A stretch of DNA of 64,000 nucleotides from Gemmatimonadales bacterium. Lineage in GTDB: Bacteria; Gemmatimonadota; Gemmatimonadetes; Gemmatimonadales; GWC2-71-9. This document shows, one piece after another, positions 19,541 to 30,049 of this stretch. Under the pieces are notes generated by a model. That model was not told the DNA's origin. It was given only the letters and a program-made list of their open reading frames with translations, and ran no database searches. How positions within the stretch are numbered: the stretch's first letter is position 1; the number at the start of each line of letters is the position of its first letter. Position numbers and translations under genes: made by a program. The stretch covers positions 2,816,001 to 2,880,000 of the forward strand of contig OZ252244.1 in the NCBI GenBank assembly GCA_965249575.1, in the 5' to 3' direction.

Positions 19541-19861
19541 ATGCGAAGACAGACGCATCGCCTGCTGGCCATGGTACTCCTGGCCGCCACCACCGGCCTC
19601 AGAGCTGAGGCAGTGGTCGGTGTGTTGCGGGATGCCGACATACATCACGAAAGTCCCCAGGCCGCTGCCGGTCACCAAATGCCGGCGACACTGGGTGAAC
19701 ACGGACACGAACACAACACGCCCATATCGCAGCCACACGAGCACTCCCAAGGGCATGAGCACGGAACATCGACGGATCATTGCTCGCACGTGCACGGAGT
19801 CGGTGTGCCGTCGTATGGTACGGTCGACTTCACCTTGGCTATTTTTGATCCAAGTTGGTGA
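19541..19861 (+). CDS. Small His-rich exported protein (CzcI/DUF2946-like, 3' end possibly degraded)
   Basis: Signal-like N-terminus then HHESP...EHGHEH...HEHSQGHEHG..DHCSHVHG; lies upstream of a TolC-like fragment. Confidence 0.55.
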   Translation: MRRQTHRLLAMVLLAATTGLRAEAVVGVLRDADIHHESPQAAAGHQMPATLGEHGHEHNTPISQPHEHSQGHEHGTSTDHCSHVHGVGVPSYGTVDFTLAIFDPSW

Positions 19862-19984
19862 GGGGCTCCTCTCGGAGAGTTAGCGCGCTCAGTCCCCCGC
19901 CAAAAGCCTAGAACCTCCCGCATATAACTGGAACGCGAAGGCACCCGGTGGCGATCTGCCACTGGCATTAGTACGCGTTCCTGA

Positions 19985-21079
19985 GTGGTAACGTCCACGC
20001 GTCCGCAGAATTCGGCCCGCGTGCTCGCCCTGCCGGAATCCTCCGTTCCCCGCACGGCACCACTCCCGGCGCTCCCGCCGGTCCGTCTCGATGAGGCGGC
20101 CGTGCTTGCCATCGCGCGTCTGCGCCGGTCCGATCTCACCGCCTCGAATCTCATGGCACGCGCCGCGGGCCAGGACGTGACCGCTGCGCGGCTCGGTCTG
20201 GTGCCGAATCTGCTCCTGGGTGGCGTGCTCGGCCGAGAGGAGGGGAGCGACGACCTGCTGGGGTTCTCCATCGGGATCAGCATTCCGCTGTTCCACCGGC
20301 AGCAGGCGACCACCGGGGCGGCGCGGGCCGCGGCCGCAGCTGCTCGATCCGTTCACACGGCGACTGAGCGACGCGTGCTCGCGGAAGTAGTGGATGGCGT
20401 CTCCTTCACCTTGCGCAAGGGACAAATTCTCGGGCTCGCCGGACTCCAGGGTTCGGGGACGAGCGAAGTGCTGCACGCGCTCTTTGGCGCGCTGGGGCGT
20501 CGCGCAGCAGGGCAGGCGCGGCTCGACGGAGAGCTCCTTGCCATGCGTGATCCCCAGGAGTCCGTCGAACGTGGCGTGGTACTCCTGACGAATGATCGGA
20601 AGTCCTCGGGTCTCGCGCCCGACCTGAACGTGACCCACAGCGTCAGCTTGACCAGTCTCTCACGGTTCTGTACCCGCACCGGGTGGGTACGCCGAGTAGA
20701 GGAGAGAGCGGCGGTCCGCAGCGTGATGCGCGGATTCAACCTGGGCGTCCCTTCCTTTGAGGTGCCGGTGCGCACCCTATCCGGAGGCAACCAGCAGAAG
20801 GTCTATCTCGCCCGCTGTCTCCTGCCACAGCCGCGTGTTCTTTTGCTGGACGAGCCGACTCGCGGCATCGACGTCGGGGCGAAGGCGGATATCTACGATC
20901 TCATGCGCACCTGGGTCGAGCAGGGTATCGCGATTGTGCTGATGACCTCGGAGATGGATGAGCTACTCACCCTCAGCGATCGGATCCTGGTGATGCACCG
21001 GGGACGGGTCGCGGCCGCCCTCACGCGCGAGACGGCGTCCAAGGACACGGTCCTCGCGGCAGCCATGGGGACGCCGTGA
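19985..21079 (+). pseudogene. Chimeric ORF: internal TolC/CzcC-like fragment fused in frame to the C-terminal half of a sugar ABC ATPase (RbsA-like)
   Basis: Up to about 20389: RRSDL...LVPNLLLG...GFSIGISIPLFHRQQ (outer-membrane efflux repeat); after: VDGVSFTLRKGQILGLAGLQGSG, DRKSSGL, LSGGNQQKV, LLDEPTRGIDVGAK. Confidence 0.82.
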
Positions 21080-22097
21080 TGTCACGATCGACGCAGGGTC
21101 CGATGAGCCCTCCTGGGGCTGTGAGACTGCGCCAATGGTGGACGACGCCGGTCGCACGGGCGCTGATGGCGCTCTTATTCATGATCGCCATCGGCTGCGT
21201 CTTCAGCGCCGACGGGGCTTTTTTCGGTGGAGCGTCCATCGTGATATGCTGCGTCAGGTGTCGGTCTTCGGTATTCTCGCGTGTGGGATGACGGTGGTCA
21301 TTATCACCGCCGGCATCGATCTCTCGGTCAGCAGCCTCTTGGCGCTCTCGGCGGTTTCGTTCGCGTGGCTCACATTGTGGCAGGGACTCCCCGCGGTCCT
21401 AGCCATTCCCTTGGTCATGGCATTCGGCGCGGCCCTGGGGTCGGTCTCCGGCGCATTGGTGGCCCGGATGCACATCCAACCGTTCATCGTCACGCTGGCA
21501 ATGATGGTCTTCGCACGCGGGCTCGCAAAGGTCGTCTCCGGAGGCACGAAGATCACGAACTACGTGACGGAGGCCGACGGCTCCTCTCACCTCGTCGATC
21601 TTCCACCGGTCTTCGACATCCTGGACCGCATGATCCTGGGAGAGAACCTCTCGATCGTCACGATAATCTTTCTCGTTTGCGTCCTGGCCACGTGGGTCGT
21701 GCTGTCGCGACTTCGACTCGGGCGGCACATCTATGCCGTGGGTGGAAATAAAGAAGCTGCGCGGCTGTCGGGCGTGCCGGTTCGTCGAACGCTGGTCATG
21801 GCGTACGCCCTCTCCGGACTGTTCGCGGCGGTCGCCGGATTCTGTCAGGCTGCCCAGGAAACCCACGGAGATCCCGAAACCGGCATGGCATACGAGCTCG
21901 ATGCCATCGCCATGGTGGTCATCGGGGGCACCACGTTGGCGGGCGGCAAGGGTGGCGTCATGTTGACCCTGATCGGAGCCCTGACGATCGGCTACCTTCA
22001 GAAGATCCTGTCGCTCAACGCCGCGCCGGAGGCGACTCGCCTCATGCTGACGGGCGCGATCATCATCTGCGCCGTGCTGTTCCAACGCGCAAAGTAG
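21079..22097 (+). pseudogene. Sugar ABC permease (RbsC-like), frameshifted at a T-run near 21219-21224
   Basis: Frame A ...CVFSADGAFF; frame B FRWSVHRDMLRQ...GMTVVIITAGIDLSV...GRHIYAVGGNKEAARLSGV...YELDAIAMVVIGGTTLAGG; one extra base rejoins them (may be sequencing error). Confidence 0.8.
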
Positions 22098-22112
22098 GGG
22101 GAATCAGCGAAT

Positions 22113-23069
22113 ATGCCGCTCCGCGAGCTCGGCATCCTCTGGATCTGTATGCTCGCCGGCGTCGGCTGCGCCTCCGAGGCTCGGAGGCCGCACGCCGGCA
22201 CGCCCGAGGATCCCTGGGTCCTGGGCATGAGCCAGTCCAACCTGGGCGAACCCTGGCGCGTGCAGATGGATGCCGATATCAGATCCGCAGCCGCCCGGCA
22301 CGCCAACGTGAGGGTGATCTTCAAGGACGCCCAGAACAGCTCCCTGGTGCAGCGGGCGCAGGTGGAGGAGTTCGCCCAGCAGGGCGTCGACCTGATCATC
22401 ATCAGCCCCAAGGAGGCCGCGCCACTCACCAAGCCGGTGGCAGAAGCCTACCGGAATGGGATGCCCGTCGTGGTTCTCGACCGTGAGGTTCAGGGCGACC
22501 AATACACCAGCTTCATCGGAGCCGACAACGTACGGATCGGCCGTGAAGCCGGTAGCTGGATCCGCGAGACGCTGGGCGGAAGGGGCAAGATCGTCGAGCT
22601 CAAGGGTCTGATGACCTCGACGCCGGCCCAGGACCGGAACCGTGGCTTCCTCGAAGGCCTGGAGCTCGAGCGTCATCCCGGACTGGAGATCGTCTTCACC
22701 GGCGAGATGCAATGGCTGGAGCCCAACGCCCGCAGGGAGATGGAATCAGCGCTGGCCACGAACGCCGAGATCGGCGTAGTCTACTCCCACAACGATCCGG
22801 GAGCCCACGGCGCCTGGCTTGCGGCGCGGGCGGCTGGCAGAGAGGAAGACATCATATTCGTGGGCATCGATGCGCTGCCACATGAAGGGCAGCAGTACGT
22901 ACGGCAGGGCATTCTCGATGCAACGTTCCTTTACCCCACTGGTGGCGAAGAAGCCATTGAGCTCGCTCTCGCGATCCTGCGGGGCGAGGAGGTTGCGGAC
23001 AGGATCGTCCTCGGAACTCGGTTCTTCACGTGGGAGAATGTCGGTGCGGGTGGTCAGCGTATTGAGTAG
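22113..23069 (+). CDS. Sugar ABC substrate-binding lipoprotein (RbsB-like)
   Basis: Lipobox AGVGC, GVDLIIISPKE, PVVVLDR, FIGADN, HNDPGA, VGIDALP. Confidence 0.9.
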   Translation: MPLRELGILWICMLAGVGCASEARRPHAGTPEDPWVLGMSQSNLGEPWRVQMDADIRSAAARHANVRVIFKDAQNSSLVQRAQVEEFAQQGVDLIIISPKEAAPLTKPVAEAYRNGMPVVVLDREVQGDQYTSFIGADNVRIGREAGSWIRETLGGRGKIVELKGLMTSTPAQDRNRGFLEGLELERHPGLEIVFTGEMQWLEPNARREMESALATNAEIGVVYSHNDPGAHGAWLAARAAGREEDIIFVGIDALPHEGQQYVRQGILDATFLYPTGGEEAIELALAILRGEEVADRIVLGTRFFTWENVGAGGQRIE

Positions 23070-23090
23070 ACGGACCAAGGAGGAGCTACC

Positions 23091-24611
23091 GTGAAGCAGC
23101 GAATCGCTCTCTTCTGGCCGGGTGACGGTCGTGACCGACCCAACGAGCTGGCGCTGCCGAACGTGACCGAGGCCACCAGACAGATGGAGGCAGCCCTCGG
23201 AAAGCTCGGCAAAGAGCCCTACTTGGTGGAAGGCTTCTTGACGAAACCCCACCACGCGGTCGAACGGCTGGGGCCCATTCACGATCCGATGATCGGCATC
23301 TGCGTGCACTGGTTCTACGGGCCGCACACTACCGAGGGCGTCGTTGGGAAGGAGAACCCGTTACTACTCGCCAGTAACTTCTCCGGCCGATGGCCAGGTC
23401 TGGTCGGGCTTCTCAACACCGGTGCCTGCTTGGAAAGCTTGGGAAGGCCGTTTTCGCGGGTCTGGACGGAGGCTCGAGACTGGACCGGCGACGAGGTCTT
23501 CATGGCGCGGCTCGAGGAGTGGTGCTCGTCCGGGGGCATCGCCTATGGCGAGGAGGACATTGCCTACGACGCAGACATCTCGGCCCAAGCTGCACGAACG
23601 GCCGATCAAGTGGCAAGGGAGCTCCGGGAACGACGCGCCCTGATCCTCATGCTGGGCGACACCTCAATGGGCATGATCAACGGCTACTTCGGGCCCCGCC
23701 TGCTCAATCAGCACGGTTTCACCGAGCACAAGGTGGATCAAGCCTGGATCATTCACCGGGGCCGCGGCATCGATGACGCGCGCCTGGACGCCGCCCTCGC
23801 GTTCGTCAAGCGGCATGGCGTGACATTCCACTGGAACGAGGATGACGCCGAAGACTTCGGGGAGGATGCGACCCGCGAGCAACTGCGTGATTACCTGTCC
23901 GTTCTGGATCTGGTGGATGAGTACAAGGCGGACTGCCTAGGGTGGCAGTACCAGCTAGGGCTGCTCTCCCTCCGCCCACCCTCGGACTTCGCGGAAGGAC
24001 TCTTCAACTCGGTGTGCCGCCCAGAGTCGAACGGCGACACCGTCGTCTGTGCAACCGAGGCCGACCAGGGCAACGTCATCCCGATGGAGATGATGAAGCG
24101 TCTACTCAAGGCGAAGGGCCTGCATCAAGCCGTAATGTTCCACGACGTCCGGTGGGGCGGAGCGCACGAAGGGCGATTCCTATGGGTCCTCCTCAACTCG
24201 GGCTCCAGCAGTGCATACCCGTTCAACCACGACCCCGGCACGCTGTCGGGCACGCATAGCTATCGTCAGCCACGTCTGTACTTCCCCGTTCCCGGCGGGA
24301 CGTTCGCCGGCGAGAGCCTCCCGGGGGAGATCACTTGGTCACGCTGCTACATCAAGGACGACGTCCTCTGGATGGATATCGGACGAGGTGAGGTCGTGAG
24401 GCTACCACCCGAGAAGCGGGACGCCTGGTGGGAAGGCACCACCCGGCAGTGGCCCTTCATGGCTGCCGACTTGGGAATCGGTCGTGACACGCTCATGGCG
24501 CACTACCTCTCGAACCACGTGGCGGTGGCCTACGGAAACATCTTCGAGGAAATGGTGGCGCTCTCGCGGGAGCTGGGGTTCAAAGTCAGGATCCTCGCTG
24601 CACAGAGCTAG
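23091..24611 (+). CDS. L-fucose/L-arabinose isomerase family protein
   Basis: [76 protein letters not shown]. Confidence 0.8.
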   Translation: MKQRIALFWPGDGRDRPNELALPNVTEATRQMEAALGKLGKEPYLVEGFLTKPHHAVERLGPIHDPMIGICVHWFYGPHTTEGVVGKENPLLLASNFSGRWPGLVGLLNTGACLESLGRPFSRVWTEARDWTGDEVFMARLEEWCSSGGIAYGEEDIAYDADISAQAARTADQVARELRERRALILMLGDTSMGMINGYFGPRLLNQHGFTEHKVDQAWIIHRGRGIDDARLDAALAFVKRHGVTFHWNEDDAEDFGEDATREQLRDYLSVLDLVDEYKADCLGWQYQLGLLSLRPPSDFAEGLFNSVCRPESNGDTVVCATEADQGNVIPMEMMKRLLKAKGLHQAVMFHDVRWGGAHEGRFLWVLLNSGSSSAYPFNHDPGTLSGTHSYRQPRLYFPVPGGTFAGESLPGEITWSRCYIKDDVLWMDIGRGEVVRLPPEKRDAWWEGTTRQWPFMAADLGIGRDTLMAHYLSNHVAVAYGNIFEEMVALSRELGFKVRILAAQS

Positions 24612-24622
24612 GGTCGGGTACC

Positions 24623-25414
24623 GTGAAGGAACGCTTCTACATGGCCGTGTCCAAGCAACCCAGATTCATTCCAGGAATCTGGGGACCGTACTTTTCGGCC
24701 ATGGTGCCGGGATTCTGGTTGACGGAGGGAGGGCAGTCGGCCACCGGCGCCCTGGTCGATCACGTGGTGTACTCTCATGCGCGCGCGGCCGAGCTACGCG
24801 AAGCGGCCGAAGAGCGCGGCAGCACGCCGTTCGCAATGCTGAACGAACGCCTGGATGCGCTGTCGGCAGAGTCTGCGTTCCCCGCCGCACTCACGGCGGA
24901 GCTTCATGTGCTGCCCTACTTTCACGGTAACCGCAGTCCGCGCGCCGATCCCAGACTTCGTGGCATGGTGTCGGGGCTCAAACTCTCCGATTCCCTCGAC
25001 TCGCTGGCCCTGCTCTACCTGGCCACCATCCAGGCCATTGCTCATGGTACGCGCCACATCCTGGAAGAGATGAACCGGAAGGGCTACGGCATCCGGACGC
25101 TGGTCGCCTGCGGCGGTGACTTCAAGAACCCCGTGATTCTGCGTGAGCACGCCGACATCACGGGTTGCCGCGTCGCGCTGCCCAACGAGCCCGAAGCGGT
25201 GCTCCTAGGGTCGGCAATGATGGGCGCAGTAGCCGCCGGGGACTACGCGTCACTGCTTTCGGCGATGGGCGCGATGAGCGTGGCCCATCGGGTCGTCGAG
25301 CCAGCGGGCGGCGACGTCGCCCGATACCACGATCGCAAGTACCGGGTTTTCCACCGCATGTACGAAGACCAGGTCGCCTACGGAAAGATCATGAGATCGA
25401 CTCCCGTGACGTGA
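24623..25414 (+). pseudogene. FGGY-family pentulose kinase lacking the N-terminal domain
   Basis: MKERFY joined directly to [47 protein letters not shown]; no GxDxGT phosphate motif; only 263 aa. Confidence 0.82.
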
Positions 25415-25468
25415 CGTCTCGAGATTCCGCCTCGTCAATGGCGGTCTGTACAGGAATGAGGTGAGGTC

Positions 25469-27211
25469 ATGACATCGAGCATTCGAGTCGTCTGGGGCAT
25501 CCTGCTGGCCGTGCTCACATGGCAAACGCAAGCGATGGCTCAGGACGACGGCGCTTCGGTCTGGGTGGAAGAAACGCTGGCCGGTCTCACTTTGGAGAAG
25601 AAGATCGGCCAGCTCATCTCCTCGGACATCGCTGGAGGCTACATCGCCGCCGATCATCCCCGGCTAGAACGCTGGATCACGCTGGCCCGCGATTATGGGC
25701 TGGGCATGTTCGTTCTGTACGGTGGAACCCCACTCGACGTGACCCGTCTCCTGAACCGCCTGCAAAAGGAGGCGGAGATCCCCATCCTGATGGCCGCGGA
25801 CTTCGAGGGTGGCCCGGGTCAGCAGGTGGCCGGCGCGACTGAGTACCCCGCCAACATGGCCTTCGCCGCCGCCGGCTCGGACGATTTGGTCTATCGCGCG
25901 GCGTCTGCCGCCGGAGTCGAGGGGAGAGCAATGGGAATCCACCTCACCTACACGCCGGTGGTGGACGTCTCCTTACGGCCTGAAAATCCGGCGGAGAGCG
26001 TTCGCTCCTTCGGGGGGGACCTGGGGTTGCTGGGCAGAATGGTCCGAGCCTACGTCCGGGGGTACCACGAAAACGGGATGCTCACGTCGGCCAAACACTT
26101 CCCCGGGCGAGGCGACGCCGAGCGCATGCCCAGCAGACCTGCTTGGAGCTGGATCAACAAACCCGCCGAGGCTGTCGCGACACAGGAGTTCAAGGCCTTC
26201 AAGCACGCCATCGATGCCGGCGTCGACTTCGTCATGAGCGAGCACCTCGCGGTGCCTTCCGTCACCGGCGGGTCGGAATTTCCGGCTAGCGTGGAAAAGA
26301 AGCTCGCCACGGGATGGCTCCGGGACAGTCTCGGGTTCGAGGGCATCCTGACAACCGACGATCTATGGTACGACCATGTGGTCGAGCGTTTTGGGACGGA
26401 GGGAGTGGCGGTCAGGGCCTTCGAAGCCGGTCACGACATCATCCTCAAGCCAAAGGATCCGGTGGCGACAATTACGGCCCTGGCAGACGCCGTGCGCTCC
26501 GGTCGGATCAGTGAAAGCCGGATTGATGCGTCGGTGCGTAGGCTCCTCTCCGCAAAGGCGCGGCTGAAACTGCACACGAACCGCTTCGTCGACGAAGCTC
26601 GAGTGAGCCAGCTCGTCGGCACGCCGGACCACCTGGCGATTGCTCAGGAAGTGGCCGACCGTTCTCTGACACTTCTCAAGAACGACGGGGTGCTCCCTGT
26701 CGCGCAGGGCCGGATGGGCGCGGTGGTCAACATCAATATCCAGAAAGAGGACATCCATCCCTCACCGTCGGTACTGTCGGCTCACCTGGCCGCCGAGTTA
26801 CCGAGCGTACAGAACTTCACTCTTCGCCCCGACATGAATCCCTCCGTCTATGACGCAGCGTGGCGGGCTATCGCCGAATCCGACCTGGTCATCCTGTCGT
26901 TTTTCGTCCAGCGAACCAAGACGGAGGACGCGACGCCCATGAGGGAGGGCGACTTGGACTTCCTCGAGAAAATCATCACGGCAAAGCCGGGTGCGGTGGT
27001 GGCGATGGCGTACGGCAACCCGCACCTCATCAGGAAGATCCCCGCGGTCGCTGCGTTCCTCGTGGGCTTCAGCGAGCGGGGCTGGTTTGGCAATCAGGAG
27101 GTCTATTTCGACTCCTTCGTCAAAGTGCTCACCGGAGAGATCGTGCCTTCGGGCAAACTCCCGGTCAGGGTCAGCGAGGTGTATCCCATCGGCAGCGGAT
27201 TGAGCTACTAA
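25469..27211 (+). CDS. Glycoside hydrolase family 3, exported
   Basis: LTLEKKIGQL, AADFEGG, VRSFGGD, KHFPGRG, GFEGILTTDDL, AGHDIIL, SLTLLKNDGVLP, GKLPV. Confidence 0.9.
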   Translation: MTSSIRVVWGILLAVLTWQTQAMAQDDGASVWVEETLAGLTLEKKIGQLISSDIAGGYIAADHPRLERWITLARDYGLGMFVLYGGTPLDVTRLLNRLQKEAEIPILMAADFEGGPGQQVAGATEYPANMAFAAAGSDDLVYRAASAAGVEGRAMGIHLTYTPVVDVSLRPENPAESVRSFGGDLGLLGRMVRAYVRGYHENGMLTSAKHFPGRGDAERMPSRPAWSWINKPAEAVATQEFKAFKHAIDAGVDFVMSEHLAVPSVTGGSEFPASVEKKLATGWLRDSLGFEGILTTDDLWYDHVVERFGTEGVAVRAFEAGHDIILKPKDPVATITALADAVRSGRISESRIDASVRRLLSAKARLKLHTNRFVDEARVSQLVGTPDHLAIAQEVADRSLTLLKNDGVLPVAQGRMGAVVNINIQKEDIHPSPSVLSAHLAAELPSVQNFTLRPDMNPSVYDAAWRAIAESDLVILSFFVQRTKTEDATPMREGDLDFLEKIITAKPGAVVAMAYGNPHLIRKIPAVAAFLVGFSERGWFGNQEVYFDSFVKVLTGEIVPSGKLPVRVSEVYPIGSGLSY

Positions 27212-27286
27212 GTGGGCTGAATCCATCGCGTGGACGGTTCCGCGCGCTCTCGCCGTCCTGTGTAGCGAACACTATCTTAGCCCACT

Positions 27287-29998
27287 ATGACCGAGATCAC
27301 CGGCCGGCTTTCGACCGCCCTCGCTGACCGCTATCGGATCGAGCGACATCTGGGCGAGGGCGGTATGGCGACCGTCTATCTCGCCCATGATCTGAAGCAC
27401 GACCGCCACGTGGCCCTCAAGGTGTTGCGGCCGGAGCTGGTGGCCGTCATCGGTGCCGGGCGGTTCCTGGCCGAGATCAAGACCACGGCGAACCTCCAAT
27501 ACCCGCACATCCTGGCCCTGTTCGATTCCGGCGAGGCCGACGGCCTCGTCTTCTATGTCATGCCGTATGTCGAGGGCGAGTCGCTGCGCGATCGAATCGC
27601 GCGGGAGCATCAGCTGCCGGTGGACGAGGCAGTACGGATCACCACGGAAGTGGCCGACGCCCTCGAATACGCCCACGGCCACGGCGTGGTGCATCGGGAT
27701 ATCAAGCCCGAGAACATCCTGCTGCACGGCGGGCACGCGCTGGTCGCGGATTTCGGTATCGCGCTCGCGGTGTCGCGCACGGACAGCGGCACCCGGATCA
27801 CCGAGACCGGCATGTCGCTCGGCACCCCGCATTACATGAGTCCCGAGCAGGCGATGGGCGAGCGGGAGATCACGGCCAAGGCCGACGTGTACGCGCTCGG
27901 CTGCGTGCTCTACGAAATGCTGACCGGCGAGCCGCCGTTCACGGGTCCCACCGTGCAGGCGATCATCGCGCGGGTCATGACCGAGGCGCCACGATCGCTC
28001 ACGATCCAGCGCCATACCATTCCAGCGCACGTCGAGGCGGCGATCATCCAGGCGCTCGAGAAGCTGCCGGCGGACCGGTTCGCGACTGCAGCGGCGTTCT
28101 CCTCGGCGCTGAGCGATCCGTCGTATCGGACGACGGCGGCCACGACTTCGGCTCTTCAACCCGAACGGCGGGATACTCCATGGGGTTCGCTCCGGCGCCT
28201 CCAGGTCCCGGCCGCCGCCCTGGTGGGCCTCGCGATTGGCGCCGCGCTGTTGGCCGTGCTGCGGTCGCCGCCCCCGGCGCCCGTCACGCGTTATGGCCTG
28301 GCGCTGCCCGCGTCGCAGGAGCCCGATCCGCTCTTGCGGGCGATCCCTGCACCGGACGGCTCACGGATCGTGTACGTTGGACCCGCCGAACGTGGCCAGC
28401 AGCTCTGGGTCAAGGAGCGCAACAGGTACGACGCGACGCCGATGCCCGCGACGGTCGGCGTCAGCAACTTCAGCTTCTCGCCAAACGGCGAGTGGATTGC
28501 GTTCGAGCAGGGGAGGCAGCTCAAGAAACTCCCGATCCAAGGTGGGGCGGCGCCCATCACCCTGGCTGACTCGGTGTCCGGCCGACCGGGGATCGCCTGG
28601 CTCGAGGACGGCACCATCATCTACCTCGGTCGGTTTGGGCAGATGTGGCGCGTTCCGGACGTCGGCGGTCAAGCGACGTTGGTGTTGGCGGACAGCGCGC
28701 CGGTGTATCTTCCCACCCCGCTACTCCGTGGTCGGGGTGTGCTGTTCACCCGTTGCTCGGGGGGATGCGCGACCGAGCAGAATCTGTGGGCGCTCGACCT
28801 CCGATCGGGGGCCGCGAACCGCGTGCTGACCGGCGCGGCGATCGCCCACTACGTCGAGACCGGACACCTCGTCTACATACGCAGGGACGGTGGGATGTTC
28901 GCGGCACCGTTCGACCTCGGCTTGCTGGAGACGACCGGGTCGCCGATCCCGGTCATGGACGGCGTGTCCGTGTTAAACGGAATCTATCCGTTGGCCGCTC
29001 TCTCGACTTCCGGCACGCTGGTCATGCGCGCCGGCGGGTCGCTTGCGACGCTTCAGCGCTTCGAAATGGTGTGGGTGGACCGCGATGGCAGCGAGATTCC
29101 GGTCGACTCGACGTGGACGTTCCGGTTTACGAACTTCGGCGCCAACGTCGGCTGGGCACTGTCCCCCGACGGCAGCCGCCTGGTCATCGGTCTCGGGACG
29201 GACCTGGGTGACGACATCTGGCTGAAACAGCTTCCCCGGGGCCCAGTGTCGCGGGTGTCGTACGACAGTGCCGCGGAATACAGGCCCCGCTGGATGCCCG
29301 ATGGACGGTCCGTGATGTTTGGCTCGAACCGGCGAGGTCCGGGCGGCGGAGGGTTGTATTCGCGACCCGCCGACGGAACTGGTACGGACTCCCTCATCGT
29401 GCGGGCGGACGGGGGAATCTACGAGGGCGCCTGGTCGCCGGATGGTCGCTGGTTGCTGTTCCGGAGCGGTGGGTTTCTAGGCCAAGTCGGAGGCCGGGAT
29501 ATCCTCGGAATGAGACCCGGCGTGGACAGCACGCCCGTGCCGGTCGTCGCGACGACATACGACGAGGAGGCGATCGCGCTATCGCCCGACGGCCGGTGGC
29601 TGGCCTACGAGTCGAACGAGACCGGCATCACCGAGGTGTTCATCCGCCCGTTTCCAAATACCGACGAGGGGAAGTGGCAGGTGTCGAACGGCGGTGGCGT
29701 GGCCCCGCTGTGGGCCAGGAGCGGCCGAGAGTTGTTCTACGTGAGTGCGGGCCGGGACATGATGGCAGTCAGGGTGGGATCCGATACCGACCCGCAGCTC
29801 GGTGAGCCACGCGCGTTGTTCCGCCTCAGTGACGAGCTGTACCTCGAGGATCAGGAGTGGTATACCCCGTACGACGTCGCCCCCGACGGCCGGTTCATCA
29901 TGGCGCGCAACGTGACGCCACCTTCGAGCTTCGAGGCTCGGCTGATCGTGGTCGACAACTGGCTCGAGGAGCTGCGGCAAAAGCTCGGCACCCCGTGA
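27287..29998 (+). CDS. Ser/Thr protein kinase with TolB/PD40-like beta-propeller
   Basis: LGEGGMATVY, VALKVL, HRDIKPENILL, DFGIA, GTPHYMSPEQ; TM helix; repeated SPDG/SPNG blades. Confidence 0.93.
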   Translation: MTEITGRLSTALADRYRIERHLGEGGMATVYLAHDLKHDRHVALKVLRPELVAVIGAGRFLAEIKTTANLQYPHILALFDSGEADGLVFYVMPYVEGESLRDRIAREHQLPVDEAVRITTEVADALEYAHGHGVVHRDIKPENILLHGGHALVADFGIALAVSRTDSGTRITETGMSLGTPHYMSPEQAMGEREITAKADVYALGCVLYEMLTGEPPFTGPTVQAIIARVMTEAPRSLTIQRHTIPAHVEAAIIQALEKLPADRFATAAAFSSALSDPSYRTTAATTSALQPERRDTPWGSLRRLQVPAAALVGLAIGAALLAVLRSPPPAPVTRYGLALPASQEPDPLLRAIPAPDGSRIVYVGPAERGQQLWVKERNRYDATPMPATVGVSNFSFSPNGEWIAFEQGRQLKKLPIQGGAAPITLADSVSGRPGIAWLEDGTIIYLGRFGQMWRVPDVGGQATLVLADSAPVYLPTPLLRGRGVLFTRCSGGCATEQNLWALDLRSGAANRVLTGAAIAHYVETGHLVYIRRDGGMFAAPFDLGLLETTGSPIPVMDGVSVLNGIYPLAALSTSGTLVMRAGGSLATLQRFEMVWVDRDGSEIPVDSTWTFRFTNFGANVGWALSPDGSRLVIGLGTDLGDDIWLKQLPRGPVSRVSYDSAAEYRPRWMPDGRSVMFGSNRRGPGGGGLYSRPADGTGTDSLIVRADGGIYEGAWSPDGRWLLFRSGGFLGQVGGRDILGMRPGVDSTPVPVVATTYDEEAIALSPDGRWLAYESNETGITEVFIRPFPNTDEGKWQVSNGGGVAPLWARSGRELFYVSAGRDMMAVRVGSDTDPQLGEPRALFRLSDELYLEDQEWYTPYDVAPDGRFIMARNVTPPSSFEARLIVVDNWLEELRQKLGTP

Positions 29999-30049
29999 CC
30001 CCCTGGTCCACCCCGTCCGCTCCGTAGCCACACGTATTAACATATCTAC

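Noticed and set aside
19859..19900. Selenocysteine readthrough of the TGA ending the His-rich ORF
   Set aside because: A weak hairpin follows, but the context (PSW*) is not a redox motif and the locus is degraded
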